A stretch of DNA of 64,000 bases from contig CAWKLL010000030.1 in assembly GCA_963850255.1 (NCBI GenBank), positions 1,958 to 65,957 on the forward strand, read 5' to 3'. The notes beneath the pieces are model-generated. The model did no database searches and was not told where the DNA came from. It was given only the letters and a program-made list of their open reading frames with translations. This document shows positions 8,783-21,429 of this stretch, one piece after another (the stretch's first letter is position 1; the number at the start of each line of letters is the position of its first letter). The DNA is from an uncultured Gammaproteobacteria bacterium. Lineage in GTDB: Bacteria > Pseudomonadota > Gammaproteobacteria > Steroidobacterales > GCA-2729495. A program made the position numbers and the translations under genes.

Positions 8783-10306
8783 GTGACCCTGCCGCAGAAT
8801 CCACAAGCCGGCGTGTGCCTGCACCTGACCTCCCTGCCCGGGCCCTTCGGCATCGGCGAGATCGGCCAGGCGGCGCGGGACTTTGTTGACGCCATGGTCG
8901 CAATGAATCTGCGTGTCTGGCAGTTCCTGCCCACGGGCCCGACAGCCTATGGCGACTCACCCTATCAACCCCTGTCGACCTTCGCCGGTAACGAACTGCT
9001 GATCGACATCGACGGACTTGTGCAGCTGGGTTTACTCAAGCCAGGTGAGGCGGACGCGCTGCGCCCTCTGCCAGCGGCGCGCGTCGACTATGGCACTTTG
9101 ATCCCGCTTAAGCGGGATCTCTTGTCGCTGGCCGCCGGACGCTTTCGTGGCCGCGCCAGCACCGCGGTGAAAGCCAGCTGTGATCAATTCATTCAGGATA
9201 ATGATCCGCAATGGCTGCATAGCTATGCCCTGTTCCGGATCCTGAAAACCCGCCACGGCGAGCGGCCGTGGCCGGAATGGGACCCTGCCTTCGTCCACCG
9301 CGACAGCAGCGCCGTTCGCCGAATTGAAGACGCCGAAGCTGCCCTGACCGAGCAGGTAAAGATACTGCAGTTTCTGTTTCACCATCAGTGGCAGGAACTG
9401 CGCAGCTATGCTGCCGAACAGGCCGTGCAGCTATTCGGCGACATGCCGATCTACATCGCGCTGGATAGCGCCGATGCCTGGGCCGACCCGCAGCTGCTGC
9501 AGATCAGTTCTGCCGGTGAACCTCGCTGCATAGCGGGCGTGCCGCCCGATTACTTCAGCGCCGATGGTCAGCTATGGGGTAACCCGCTCTATGATTGGCC
9601 CAAGCACGCCGCCAGCGGCTACCAGTGGTGGCAGGCGCGACTGCGTCAGGCGACATTGCTGGCCGACATGATCCGCATCGATCATTTCCGCGGCTTTGAA
9701 GCTTGCTGGTCGGTACCGGCGGGCGCGACGAACGCACGGGACGGACACTGGGAGTCGGCGCCCGGCGATGAGCTGTTTCATGCCATCCAGGCCGGCATGG
9801 GCGACTTGCCCATGGTCGCCGAAGACCTGGGGCTGATCACAGCGGCCGTGGAAGCCCTTCGGCACCGGCACAACTTGCCCGGCATGCGCGTGCTGCAGTT
9901 CGAGGTGGCCGCGAAGCATTTCGATCTGAACAGCATATCGGCGAACACGGTCTGCTACACGGGCACCCATGACAACGACACCACGCTGGGCTGGTTCCTG
10001 GGTAGCGCCGCTGATGAGGTGTCAGCCGAAGACCGGCATGAGTTTCAGCAACGGGTACTCGAACGCACACAGGGGCGGCCGGAAAGCATTCATTTGGACC
10101 TGATCCGGCTGGCCTTTTCCAGCGATGCCAGGCTGGCTGTTGCAACACTGCAGGATTACCTGGGCCTGGGCAGCGAAGCCCGCCTTAACGTGCCGGGAAA
10201 GACCGGCGGCTACTGGCAATGGCGCCTGCTACCCGGCCAGCTGAACAGACAGGTGATAGACAGCGTCGGGGAAATGACTGACGCCGCGGATCGTGGCCGG
10301 CGTTGA
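8783..10306 (+). CDS. malQ: 4-alpha-glucanotransferase (amylomaltase)
   Basis: 507-aa ORF with a GTG start. GH77 blocks present: SPYQPLSTFAGNELLID, IRIDHFRGFEACW, VCYTGTHDNDT. Confidence 0.9.
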   Translation: MTLPQNPQAGVCLHLTSLPGPFGIGEIGQAARDFVDAMVAMNLRVWQFLPTGPTAYGDSPYQPLSTFAGNELLIDIDGLVQLGLLKPGEADALRPLPAARVDYGTLIPLKRDLLSLAAGRFRGRASTAVKASCDQFIQDNDPQWLHSYALFRILKTRHGERPWPEWDPAFVHRDSSAVRRIEDAEAALTEQVKILQFLFHHQWQELRSYAAEQAVQLFGDMPIYIALDSADAWADPQLLQISSAGEPRCIAGVPPDYFSADGQLWGNPLYDWPKHAASGYQWWQARLRQATLLADMIRIDHFRGFEACWSVPAGATNARDGHWESAPGDELFHAIQAGMGDLPMVAEDLGLITAAVEALRHRHNLPGMRVLQFEVAAKHFDLNSISANTVCYTGTHDNDTTLGWFLGSAADEVSAEDRHEFQQRVLERTQGRPESIHLDLIRLAFSSDARLAVATLQDYLGLGSEARLNVPGKTGGYWQWRLLPGQLNRQVIDSVGEMTDAADRGRR

Positions 10307-10408
10307 TAAGCTGCGGGCGGGCCAGAGCCATATCCGGCTTCGCGACGACTAAGCTACACTAAGCAAAAACCTCGTACGCTCCGCTTACCCGCCCCACAGG
10401 TATCGCCC

Positions 10409-11686
10409 ATGAACGAAAATTCTCAGGATACCCGCTATGTCAGTCGCCTGACGCGTGAGACGCTGGCGTTAATCCTGGCGGGTGGTCAGGGTTCGCGCCT
10501 GCATGAGCTGACCCAGTGGCGTGCCAAACCGTCGCTCCACTTTGGCGGAAAATTTCGCATTATCGATTTCGCCCTGTCCAACTGCATTAACTCAGGCGTG
10601 CGCCGGATTGGCGTGCTAACCCAATACAAGGCGCATTCGCTGATTCGCCACCTGGTGCGGGGCTGGTCGTCCTTCCTGCCGGGCGATCGTGAGTTCGTGG
10701 AGATTTTGCCCGCCTCGCAGCGAACGGGTGCGGAATGGTACCGTGGCACTGCAGATGCGGTGTACCAGAACCTGGACATTATTCGCACGCACGACCCGCG
10801 CCTGGTGCTTATTCTCGCCGGCGATCACGTCTACAAGATGGACTTCGCTTCCTTCCTCGCCGCACATGTGGAGCTGGAGGCCGACATGACCGTTTGCTGC
10901 ATCGAGGTGCCGCTGGCAGAAGCTGCCGGAGACCTGGGAGTAATGACGGTGGATGAGACGGGACGCGTGATTGCCTTCAACGAGAAACCGGAGAACCCGA
11001 CGCCGATTCCGGGCAAACCGGATCTGTGCCTGGCATCCATGGGCAACTATGTGTTCGCAACCGACTTCCTCTACGAACAGGTCATCAAGGACGCCGATGA
11101 TCCGCAATCAGGGCACGATTTCGGGCGAAATATTATTCCGTCGATTATCGAAAACTATCGGGTTTATGCTTTCCCGTTCCGCGACCCTGCCACCGCCGCG
11201 CAGCCTTACTGGCGTGACGTGGGTACCCTCGATGCGTTCTGGGAAGCCAATATGGAACTGGTGTCGGTCCTCCCGCAGCTCAACCTGTATGACACGGATT
11301 GGCCCATCCATACCAACCAGCACCAGTCGCCTCCGGCCAAGTTTGTTTTCGACGATCCCGATCGTCGCGGCGAGGCTATCAATTCCATGGTATCCGGCGG
11401 CTGCGTAATCTCAGGGGCCAGCGTAAGAGGCTCACTGCTGTTCTCCAATTGCCGGATCGCTATACACAGTTTCGTGGAAGACTCCGTGATTTTGCCCGAT
11501 GTGACTATCGGTTCTGGCTGTCGCATCAAGCGCTGCATTATTGATCGAGGCGCGAACATTGCCGACGGCATGGAAATCGGTTTCGATGAGCAGCTTGATC
11601 GGGAACGCGGCTTTCGGATTACAGACAGTGGCCTGAGGCTCGTCACCCCCGACATGCTGGGCCAGACTCTGCATTTCACACGCTAG
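10409..11686 (+). CDS. glgC: glucose-1-phosphate adenylyltransferase
   Basis: 425-aa ORF. N-terminal [42 protein letters not shown] is the canonical GlgC nucleotide-binding signature. Confidence 0.92.
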   Translation: MNENSQDTRYVSRLTRETLALILAGGQGSRLHELTQWRAKPSLHFGGKFRIIDFALSNCINSGVRRIGVLTQYKAHSLIRHLVRGWSSFLPGDREFVEILPASQRTGAEWYRGTADAVYQNLDIIRTHDPRLVLILAGDHVYKMDFASFLAAHVELEADMTVCCIEVPLAEAAGDLGVMTVDETGRVIAFNEKPENPTPIPGKPDLCLASMGNYVFATDFLYEQVIKDADDPQSGHDFGRNIIPSIIENYRVYAFPFRDPATAAQPYWRDVGTLDAFWEANMELVSVLPQLNLYDTDWPIHTNQHQSPPAKFVFDDPDRRGEAINSMVSGGCVISGASVRGSLLFSNCRIAIHSFVEDSVILPDVTIGSGCRIKRCIIDRGANIADGMEIGFDEQLDRERGFRITDSGLRLVTPDMLGQTLHFTR

Positions 11687-11698
11687 CCGGACACCGAC

Positions 11699-13253
11699 AT
11701 TATTAACGCGCAGCGCATTCTGTTGGTGGCAGCAGAGAACGGGGCTTTGCCCGGCGGCAAGGTCGGCGGTGTAGCCGACGTAGTCCGCGATCTGCCCCCG
11801 GCCCTGGCCGCACAGGGCAGCGAGGTCACGGTTCTGACACCCGCCTATGGCATGTTCAACAAGTTACCGAATGCTCGTCGCTAGAGCCCCTGCACGTGCA
11901 CTTCGGTGGTACTAGCCATACGGCCGAACTGTGGCAGTTGCCCGACGCACACCCTCGCATCAGGCATCTTGCCGTCGAACATCCGCTGCTGTCCCCGCGG
12001 GGCCGGGGAAAATCTACTGTGACGATACTCCCGATCGACCCTTTGCCACCGATGCCGGCAAGTTCGCTTTTTTCAGCGCGGCCGTCGCCTCGCTGGTGCA
12101 ACGGCAGGAAGCGATGCCCGACGTGGTACATCTGCACGACTGGCACGCGGCGCTTTACCTGTTACTACGTCATTTCGATCCGGCATTCCGGCAACTGCAG
12201 GCGCCGCGCACAGTGTTCACCATTCACAACCTCGCCTACCAGGGCATTCGCCCTCTGGCTAACGATGTTTCATCCCTGGAAACCTGGTTTCCGGGTCTTG
12301 CGCCGCCGCCTGCGATTGTCGGCGACCCGCGTTACGCCGATTGCGTAAATCCCATGGCTGTAGCCGTTCGCCTGGCCGACAAGCTGAATACCGTATCGCC
12401 CACCTACGCGCAGGAAATTCTGCAACCCAACGATCCGGCGCGGGGCTTCAGCGGGGGCGAAGGGCTCGAACAGGACCTGCGCCTGGCCGCCGAGCAGGGT
12501 CGCCTGGCGGGCATACTGAACGGTTGCGATTACCCCAGCAACACGGCCGCGGCGGCCGGGCTGGAACAAACTGCTGGAGATCAGCGAGCAGGCCCTCACG
12601 GACTGGGAAAAGACCACGCCCACGGCCGGCCACGCCGCGAGCCGGGAACAGCTCAAGGCTTTACCGCGACGCCGTCCCGGCCTGGTACTGACCAGTATCG
12701 GGCGGATGACAGCGCAAAAATGCGCCTTGTTCCTGCAGCCAACGACAGCCGGCCGCTCATCGCTGGAGAGCGATCCTCGACGATCTGGGCGAACAACGGG
12801 GTGCTGATCCTGCTGGGCAGCGGCGAACCGGAGCTTGAACAACGCATGCAGCAGCTTGCCGCAGAACACCGGAACTTTTTATTCCTGTGCGGCTATTCCG
12901 ATGCGCTGTCGCAAACGCTTTACGCGGCGGGTGATTTTTTCCTGATGCCCAGCAGTTTCGAACCCTGCGGCATCAGCCAGATGCTGGCCATGCGCGCCGG
13001 CCAGCCCTGCATTGCCCATGCCGTGGGCGGCCTGCGCGATACCATACGCTCGGGGCAAAACGGCTTTCTGTTTAGCGGCGACACGCCGACGGCGCAGGCG
13101 GATGACTTCGTCGCTACTTTTCAGCGTGCCCGCCAATTGAAAACCGAGACGCCGGATCACTGGCAAAGCATGCGCGCCGCCGCGCGAGCCGAACGCTTCA
13201 GCTGGAGCGTCGCGGCCGAACGCTACCAGGAAGAGCTGTATGGATCTGGTTGA
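11699..13253 (+). pseudogene. glgA: glycogen synthase, frame-disrupted as sequenced (about 5 frame breaks, no canonical start codon)
   Basis: GlgA sequence is spread over three frames: RILLVAAENGALPGGKVGGVADV (stops at TAG 11882-11884), EPLHVHFGGTS..., GKIYCDDTPDRPF...VVHLHDWH, WNKLLEISEQAL...SIGRMTAQK, ILDDLGEQ, VLILLGSGEPELE...FEPCGISQMLAMRAG. The glgC TAG is in frame upstream, and no ATG/GTG precedes the conserved first strand. Confidence 0.85.
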
Positions 13254-15470
13254 GAACAGACCGGCTTGCACTGGCAGGTCCGATTGGCGGCGCTTGCCAA
13301 GGGCGAGTATTCCGAACCCCTTCGCGATACTTGGCCTGCATCCAGCCAGTGGAACGCGCATGGTCCGCACATTCCAGCCGCAGGCCGCTACCGTCAGCCT
13401 GATTGGCGCCGACGGCGATCTGCTGGGCGAGATGACGCGCGTGCATCCTGACGGGCTGTTCGCAGCGCCCATGCCTGCCAGGAAGCGGCGTTACCGACTA
13501 CGCATCAGCATGCCTGACGGCACGAGTTCTGAAATCGAGGACGCGTACCGGTTCCCCTCTACGCTGGGCGAGCTGGACCTGTACCTGCTGGGCGAAGGCT
13601 CGCATCGGCAGATCTATGAGGTGCTGGGCGCACAATTGCGAACCCTGCAAGGCGTTGCCGGCACGCGTTTCGCGGTCTGGGCACCGAACGCCTCGCGCGT
13701 AAGCGTAATCGGCGATTTTAATGACTGGGACGGACGCCGGCATGTCATGCGCCTGCATCCGGGTAACGGTGTCTGGGAAATTTTCATTCCCGGCGTCGGG
13801 CACGGCGCCTTTTACAAGTTCGAACTCTGCGACCGCAATGGTCGACTGCTGCCGATCAAGACCGATCCGCTTGCACGCTACTATCGAGGCGCCGCCAGGC
13901 AACGCTTCCATCGTGTATCAGCAGCGTCTACGAATGGGCCGACGCCGACTGGCAGGCGCAACGCAGCGCCGACCCTGGCCTGGGCAGGCCCGTGAGTATT
14001 TACGAAGTCCACCTGGGCTCCTGGCGGCGCAATCCGCAGCAACACAATCGTTCTCTTACCTATCGGGAACACGCCCGGGAACTGGTGGACTATGTGCGTG
14101 ACATGGGCTTCACCCACGTGGAACTGTTGCCGATCACGGAGTATCCCTTCGAGGGCTCCTGGGGCTACCAGCCCATCGGGCTGTATGCACCAACCCAGCG
14201 TTTCGGCCCACCGGATGATTTTCGCTACCTGGTGGACTGCTGCCACCAGGCTGGCATCGGCGTCATCGTCGACTGGGTTGCCGCACATTTTCCGCGCGAC
14301 GAACACGGCCTTGCACGATTCGACGGCACGGCCCTGTACGAATATGCAGATCCCAAAAAAGCGGCGCATGCCGACTGGGGCACACTGATTTTTAATTATG
14401 GACGACGCGAGGTCATCAACTACCTGATTGGCAGCGCGCTGTGCTGGATCGATGAGTTTCACATCGACGCGATACGGGTGGATGCGGTGGCCTCCATGCT
14501 CTACCTGGACTACTCGCGCGAGGCCGGCGAATGGGCGCCGAATGAACAGGGTGGCAACGAGAACCTGGAGGCCATCGCATTTCTGCGCCGCCTCAATGAG
14601 GAAGTCCACGCGCATGGCGCAGCCTCGCACGCCGAAGAGTCCACCGCCTGGCCCGCCGTATCCCGACCGACTTACTCAGGCGGACTGGGCTTCAGCTACA
14701 AATGGAACATGGGCTGGATGCACGACACGCTTATCTATATGAGCGAAGAGCCGGTGCATCGAAAGTTTCATCACGACAAGATGACCTTCAGCATGGTCTA
14801 TGCCTTCAATGAAAATTTCATACTGCCCCTGTCCCACGATGAAGTGGTCCATGGCAAACGCTCCCTGCTCGAACGCATGCCGGGTGACGGCTGGCAGCAG
14901 TTCGCCAACCTGCGCGCCTACCTGGGCTCGATGTTCTGCCACCCGGGCAAGAAGCTGCTGTTCATGGGCGCGGAGCTTGCCCAGGCTCGGGAATGGGACC
15001 ATGACGGGTCGCTGGACTGGCATCTGCTGGCAGACCCACGGCACGCCGGCATGCAGACGCTGGTTCGTGATCTCAACAAGCTCTATCGCTCGACACCGGC
15101 CCTGTACGAGATCGACTTCGCCGCGCAGGGTTTCGAATGGATCGACCTGCACGACAGGGATAACAGCGTACTCAGCTGGTTGCGCCGCGCCGCTGACGGC
15201 AGTTTTGTGGTCTGTGTCATGAATTTCACACCCGTCGTACGGGAAAATTATCGCTTGGGAGTACCCCAGAACGGCAGCTACCGGGAACTCCTGAACACCG
15301 ATGCCGAAGTCTACGGCGGCAGCGGAACCAGTAACCCCGGTGAACTGGCTTCGACTAGTATTGCTGCCAATAATCGCGGGGCGTCGCTGCTGCTGACCTT
15401 GCCACCGCTCGCCACACTCATAATAAGCATGGACGCCACAGGCGACCGTGCCGGAGATACTAAGGCATGA
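13240..15470 (+). pseudogene. glgB: 1,4-alpha-glucan branching enzyme, frame-disrupted as sequenced (2 breaks near 13885 and 13920)
   Basis: Track ORFs 13240-13995 and 13992-15470, plus a short third-frame piece ([12 protein letters not shown]), join to a normal-length GlgB. Blocks present: [65 protein letters not shown]. Confidence 0.9.
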
Positions 15471-17976
15471 CGGCCTCATCAGAAAAATCAATCGCCCCGA
15501 GCCACAGCGAACTGCTACAGACCCCCGACCTGGATATGAGCACGTCCGGGATCCTCGACGACGTCATGCACTATCACGGTCGCATGCTGGGCCGTCGAAC
15601 TATCCAGACCAACCAGCCCATCGTTTATCAATCCCTGGCGCATACGACCCGGGACCGATTGATGGAGCGCTGGAGCGAAACCCGTCTCGCAGTGGAGCGC
15701 AATGACAGCAAACATCTTTGTTACCTGTCGCTGGAATTCCTGATGGGCCGCCTGCTGCGCAACGCGCTGCTGAGCCTGGGCATCGAAGGTGAAGCCGCGC
15801 CAGGCGCTGGAAGCCCTGGGCCTGAAGCTCGAGGATATCTATGACGACGAACGCGATGCGGGTCTGGGCAACGGCGGCCTGGGCCGCCTGGCCGCCTGCT
15901 TCCTGGACAGCTGCGCGACCCTGGGCCTGCCGGTCATGGGCTACGGGATTCGCTATCACTACGGCATGTTTCACCAGCGGATTGAAAACGGCTACCAGCT
16001 GGAAGAGCCCGATTCCTGGCTACGCGAGGGTTACCCCTGGGAAATTGAGCGCTTCGAATATGTGCAGACGGTGAAATTCGGCGGTCACAGCGCCACCTAC
16101 CTGGACGCCGATGGCCATACGCGTCACCAATGGATTGATACCCACGATGTACTCGCCATTCCCTTCGATGTGCCCGTGGCGGGCTACCGCAATGGTGTGG
16201 TCAATACGCTGCGACTCTGGTCGGCCGCGGCAACCGATGAGTTCGACCTGGACGAATTCAACGCCGGCAGTTACGCCGACGCAGTCGCCTCCAAGAACGC
16301 CGCGGAAAATATCACCATGGTGCTGTATCCGAATGCTGCGACGGAGAACGGCCAGGAGTTGCGCCTGCGCCAGCAGTATTTTCTCGCCTCAGCAAGCCTC
16401 CAGGACACCCTGCGTTTCTGGAAAATTCACCACGGTGAAGATTTCTCGCAGTTTGCCGATAAACACTGCTTTCAACTCAACGATACGCATCCGGCCATTA
16501 CCGTCGCCGAACTGATGCGCCTGCTGATGGATGACCACGGGCTGAGCTGGAAGGATGCCTGGGCCATTACCCAGCGCACCATGGCCTATACCAACCACAC
16601 CCTGCTGCCCGAGGCGCTCGAAACCTGGCCCGTGGACATGTTCCGGCGCCTGCTACCCCGCCTGCTGGAGATTATTTTCGAGATCAATGCACGTTTCATC
16701 GAGCGAGGTGTCACGGCGCTGGCCCGGCGATAACGAGCGCATTCGTCGCATGTCGATCATCGACGAAGAGCATGGCGGCATGGTGCGCATGGCCTACCTG
16801 GCCATCGTCGGCAGTTTTTCCGTCAACGGGGTAGCCGCACTGCATTCGCAGCTGCTCCGCGAAGGCCTGTTCCGTGATTTCGCCGAACTGTGGCCGCGTA
16901 AATTCAACAACAAGACCAATGGTGTAACGCAGCGACGCTGGCTGGCTGGCTGCAACCCGGGTCTGGCGGAGCTGATCAGCGAGACCATCGGCGAGGCCTG
17001 GATCACGGACCTGGATCAACTCGCCAGGCTGGCCCCCAAAGCAACGGACGCCGACTTCGGCGCCCGCTGGCGGGCCAGCAAACTGGCCAACAAGCAGGTG
17101 CTGGTCGAGGAAATCCGCGAGCGTACCGGCGTGCAAGTTGACCCGGCGATGTTGTTCGACGTGCAAGTCAAACGTATTCACGAGTACAAGCGCCAGCTAT
17201 TGAATATGCTGCATGCGGTATATCTCTACGACCGGATACAGCGCGGCGACGGTGATGATCTGGCGCCCCGAGCGATAATTATTGGCGGTAAGGCAGCACC
17301 CGGATACGTGATGGCCAAGTCCATCATCAAAGCCATTAATAACGTGGCGCAGGTGATCAATTCCGACCCAACTATGAACGACCGACTGCGCCTGGTCTTC
17401 CTGCCCGACTACAACGTCTCGGCCATGGAACTTATTTGTCCGGCCGCAGACTTGTCGGCACAGATTTCCACCGCCGGCAAGGAAGCGTCGGGTACCGGCA
17501 ATATGAAGCTGATGATGAACGGCGCGATTACCATCGGCACGCTGGATGGGGCGAACGTAGAAATTCGCGAGGCAGTAGGCGACGACAATTTTTTCCTGTT
17601 CGGCCTCACCGTGGACGAGATAGCTCAAATGCACGGGCGTTATGATCCGCGGGCCATCGTCGCCGCAGACCCGGACTTCACCCGGGTCATGGACCTGCTC
17701 TCAAGCGGCCACTTCAACCGCTTCGAACCGCAGGTGCTCGACAGTGTTATTCAGTCTATTCTGGAGCCTTCAGACCCCTGGATGACGGCCGCGGACTTTC
17801 GCAGCTTCGTCGATGCGCAACAGCGCGCCGGTGACGCCTTCCGCGACGTGCCGCGCTGGACCACCATGAGTATCCGCAACACCGCAGCGTCGGGTCGATT
17901 TTCAACGGACCGGACCATGCGCGAATACAACGCGGACATCTGGAAACTGGATCCCATCGATCCGGCCGCAAAATGA
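15467..17976 (+). pseudogene. glgP: glycogen/maltodextrin phosphorylase, frame-disrupted as sequenced (2 breaks near 15788 and 16705)
   Basis: Three track ORFs (15467-15844, 15789-16733, 16555-17976) are contiguous pieces of one gene. Blocks present: GLGNGGLGRLAACFLDS and the PLP-lysine motif EASGTGNMKLMMNGA. The ATGA overlaps the glgB stop. Confidence 0.9.
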
Positions 17977-20054
17977 TTCGAGCCGGTTCGCCCGATCTTC
18001 TGGGCTCCAGCCCGGACGATCACGGCACCAATTTCGCCCTTTACTCGGCCGGCGCCGAGCGGGTGGAGCTGTGCCTGTTTGATGGCGCCGGCCAGGCAAC
18101 GGCAAGGATGGACCTGCCCGACTGCACGGGAAATGTCTGGCATGGCTATTTGCCGGGCTGCCAGCCCGGCCAACGCTATGGCTATCGGGTCCACGGCCAC
18201 TATGCTCCGGCGGACGGACTACGATTCAATCCTGCCAAACTGCTACTCGACCCTTATGCGCGACTGCTGGACGGCGAACTGAGCTGGGACCCGGCCGTGT
18301 TCGATTTTGTCCCGGCCGACAGCGGCGACGAGCTGCAAATCAGTCACAGCGATAGCGCGCCTTTCGTCCCCAAGAGCCTCGTCGTCGCACCCGCTGCGGC
18401 CACGCCGCGCCTGCACCCGCCGGTGGCCTGGGCGGACACGGTGCTCTATGAACTGAATGTGCGCGGCTACACCATGCAACACCCCGGCCTGACCGAGGCT
18501 GAACGTGGCCAGTTCCGGGGACTGCGCAACGCTGAGGTTCTGGAGTATTTAAAAGCCCTCGGCATCACTGCGCTGGAACTGATGCCGGTGCAGGCCTTTG
18601 TGGACGAAGCGGCGCTGCGGCGGCGCGGACTGCGCAACCTGTGGGGCTACAACACGATCAATTTCTTCGCACCTGCCAATCGTTATCTCGGCGCGGGCGG
18701 TCTGGCAGAATTCCGCGAAATGGTGGACGCAATCCATGCTGCCGGCATGGAGGTCATCCTGGATGTGGCCTACAACCACACGGGTGAAAGTGACACGCTC
18801 GGACCCAGCCTGAGTTTTCGCGGCATTGATAACCTGAGCTACTACCGCACGCTGCCTGAACAGCCAGGCGAGTACATCAACGACACGGGCTGCGGCAATA
18901 CGCTGGATGCCGATAGCCCGGTAGTTCAGCGCCTGGTGCTCGATAGTCTGCGCTATTGGAGCGAACAACTGGGCGTTGACGGTTTCCGTTTTGATCTGGC
19001 GACTATCCTCGGCCGACACGCGCATGGGTTCTCATCGCAACATCCCCTGCTGCAGGCCATTGCCGCTGACCCTGCGCTGAGCCGCCTGAAGCTGATCGCA
19101 GAGCCCTGGGACCCGGGGCCGGACGGCTATCAACTCGGCCACTTCGGCCCGCCATGGAGCGAGTGGAACGATCGCTTTCGGGATTCCGTGCGTAAATTCT
19201 GGCGAGGCGACCAGGCGCAAGCCGGCGCACTCGCTCAGCGGCTGCACGGCTCGGCGGAAATCTTCGAACCTTCGGCCCGCGGGCCTGCAGCGAGCGTGAA
19301 CTTTATCACCAGCCATGACGGTTTCACGCTGGCCGATACCTGCGCCTTTGCTCAACGCCACAATCAGGCCAATGGCGAAAACAATCGGGATGGCCACCAG
19401 CACAATTTCAGTCGTAACTACGGTGCGGAAGGGACCACGGCGGATGTGGAGATCAATACACTACGGCGTCGGCAGCGGCTGAACATGCTGGCAACCCTGC
19501 TGCTGTCGCAAGGCACGCCCATGCTGCTGGCCGGCGATGAGTTCGGCAACTCTCAGAGCGGCAACAACAACGCCTACGCGCAGGACAATGCCACCGGCTG
19601 GCTCGACTGGTCCGGCCTAGCCGCGGACCCGGAATTCACGGATAGCGTCCGCAGGCTGATTGACTTGCGACGTAAAACGCCGTTACTGCGCAGCTCGTCA
19701 TATGCCCACGGGCAGCATCAGACTGTGAACGGCTGGCCCGACATCGACTGGCGCAAGCCCGATGGCAGCGAGCTCAGCGAGGCGGGCTGGCAATCTGCGA
19801 AGGCCTTCACGCTGCTGCTCGCCGATACCGCAGACCAGCCAACACAGGTTCAGCATGATGGCGACCATGACGAGGCTATTGCGGTTCTAATCAACGGCGA
19901 CGAGCACATCATCCAGTTCAGCTTGCCTGCAGTGGCCGGCCGCGACTGGCGTCTAATGTTCTCCAGCGACCCCGGCGCGCCGGCCAGGTGGTCGGCGCCG
20001 AGCTTGGCCGTGGCGGCCCGAAGTATCAGCTGCTGGCGGCTACCGTCCGCGTAG
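17973..20054 (+). CDS. glgX: glycogen debranching enzyme
   Basis: Intact 693-aa ORF. GH13 blocks present: [50 protein letters not shown]. The ATGA overlaps the glgP stop. Confidence 0.92.
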   Translation: MIRAGSPDLLGSSPDDHGTNFALYSAGAERVELCLFDGAGQATARMDLPDCTGNVWHGYLPGCQPGQRYGYRVHGHYAPADGLRFNPAKLLLDPYARLLDGELSWDPAVFDFVPADSGDELQISHSDSAPFVPKSLVVAPAAATPRLHPPVAWADTVLYELNVRGYTMQHPGLTEAERGQFRGLRNAEVLEYLKALGITALELMPVQAFVDEAALRRRGLRNLWGYNTINFFAPANRYLGAGGLAEFREMVDAIHAAGMEVILDVAYNHTGESDTLGPSLSFRGIDNLSYYRTLPEQPGEYINDTGCGNTLDADSPVVQRLVLDSLRYWSEQLGVDGFRFDLATILGRHAHGFSSQHPLLQAIAADPALSRLKLIAEPWDPGPDGYQLGHFGPPWSEWNDRFRDSVRKFWRGDQAQAGALAQRLHGSAEIFEPSARGPAASVNFITSHDGFTLADTCAFAQRHNQANGENNRDGHQHNFSRNYGAEGTTADVEINTLRRRQRLNMLATLLLSQGTPMLLAGDEFGNSQSGNNNAYAQDNATGWLDWSGLAADPEFTDSVRRLIDLRRKTPLLRSSSYAHGQHQTVNGWPDIDWRKPDGSELSEAGWQSAKAFTLLLADTADQPTQVQHDGDHDEAIAVLINGDEHIIQFSLPAVAGRDWRLMFSSDPGAPARWSAPSLAVAARSISCWRLPSA

Positions 20055-20228
20055 CAGGCTAGACAGACGCGACCCCGGCCGACCGTACTTTCGCTTATTG
20101 ACTATTCCCTGCGCCGCGCCTAGCCTGTTGGTTAAGAGCATAAAAATGGTATTAAAGACATGCAGTTAAGTGCGTTTCAGGTCCGGATTTATCCCCCTAT
20201 CGGCAGACACCGTCGTTGTCGACGGAGG

Positions 20229-21429
20229 ATGCGCACGACTGCATCATCACTGTTGTTGGTCATCATTCTGTTCCGCCACCGTCGGCTGCGCGACCAGTTC
20301 CTTTTCACCCGAAGACCCGGCCAGCTATCCGTTCGTGGGTCGTGGCATCACCCAGAGTGAAGGCCCGGTGCGTGTCACCGCCGCTGTTCCTGATGCCGCG
20401 GAGACCAGCGCCGTTTTCGGGCTGTCTTTGTACGACAAGGGAATTCAGCCGGTCTGGATAAAGCTTGAGAACACCGGCAGTTCGCCGATTCGCATCACGA
20501 TATGGAGCATTGATCCGGACTACTACTCGCCGCTGGAAGTCGCCTGGATGCATCGCGGCGGGTTCAGCAGTGATGGCAAGGCAGAGATGGAACGCTGGTT
20601 CCACGACAACGCCATGCCGCGGCGCATCCCGGCCGGCGAATCCCGATCCGGTTTCGTCTACACGAACTTAAGCCGAGGCACCAAGGGCTTCAATCTTGAC
20701 GCCTTTAACAGTAGTGAAGACTTCAACTTCACTTTTTTTATACCGATGCCCGGCTTCACTGCAGACTACATGCAGGTCAATTTAGACGAGCTGTATAGCA
20801 ACGCCGAGATTCAACAGCTGACCCGAGCACAGATACGCACCGCCACGCAGTCCTTCGCCTGCTGCAGCACCGATGAGTCGGGCACCGGCGCCGGCGACCC
20901 TTTCAACCTGCTCCTGATCGGCTCAGGCGAGAATCTGCACCGAGCCTTGCTGCGCGCCGGCTGGGATGAGACCGAGGCCGACAGTGCTGTTACCGTCGTG
21001 GCCCGGGCGCAAAGATATCGGGGACGGCGACCGGATGGCACCTTCGAGAAGTCTCGCTCGGACGGTAGTGAGCGCAAGGAACTAAGGCTGTGGCTGGCGC
21101 CCATGCTGATTGACGGCGAGCGCGTCTGGCTTGGCCAGGCCAGCCAGGAATTGAACGCGAGTCAGGCCGCTTCGGACGCTTACCGTATTGATCCCGATAT
21201 TGACCAGGCGCGTGACTATGTGCTGCAGGATTTCTGGTACAGCCAGTCGGTTTTGCGCGCTGGTTTTACTGAAGGCGGAGAGCCGGCCAGCATTGATGCA
21301 CCCCGCGATACTTTCTCCGGCGCCCGCTACTTCACTGACGGGCTGCGCGTCGTCATGTGGATCGCCGACGAGCCCATCGGCCTTGACGAAGCCGACGTGT
21401 TGCTGTGGGGGAATCTCGACGATGAGTGA
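20229..21429 (+). CDS. lipoprotein with divergent LssY-C-like C-terminal domain (paralog 1); one frame break inside the signal peptide
   Basis: ATG 20229 gives MRTTASSLLLVIILF. After a break near 20272 the main ORF frame continues SATVGC|ATSS (lipobox). C-terminal blocks DPFNLLLIG, GWDETE, ELRLWLAP and RIDPDIDQARD align with the downstream paralog. Confidence 0.6.

Noticed and set aside
13881-15491. 249-aa and 271-aa minus-strand ORFs inside glgB
   Set aside because: The reason is the same as for the other antisense ORFs. The plus strand encodes canonical GlgB blocks, and the antisense translations show no family features.
11870-17000. Programmed ribosomal frameshifting or transcriptional slippage as an explanation for the glg frame breaks
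   Set aside because: There are no slippery heptamers or downstream structures at the break points. The breaks go in both directions (+1 and -1) and occur in unrelated genes across the window. Glycogen genes are not known recoding targets.
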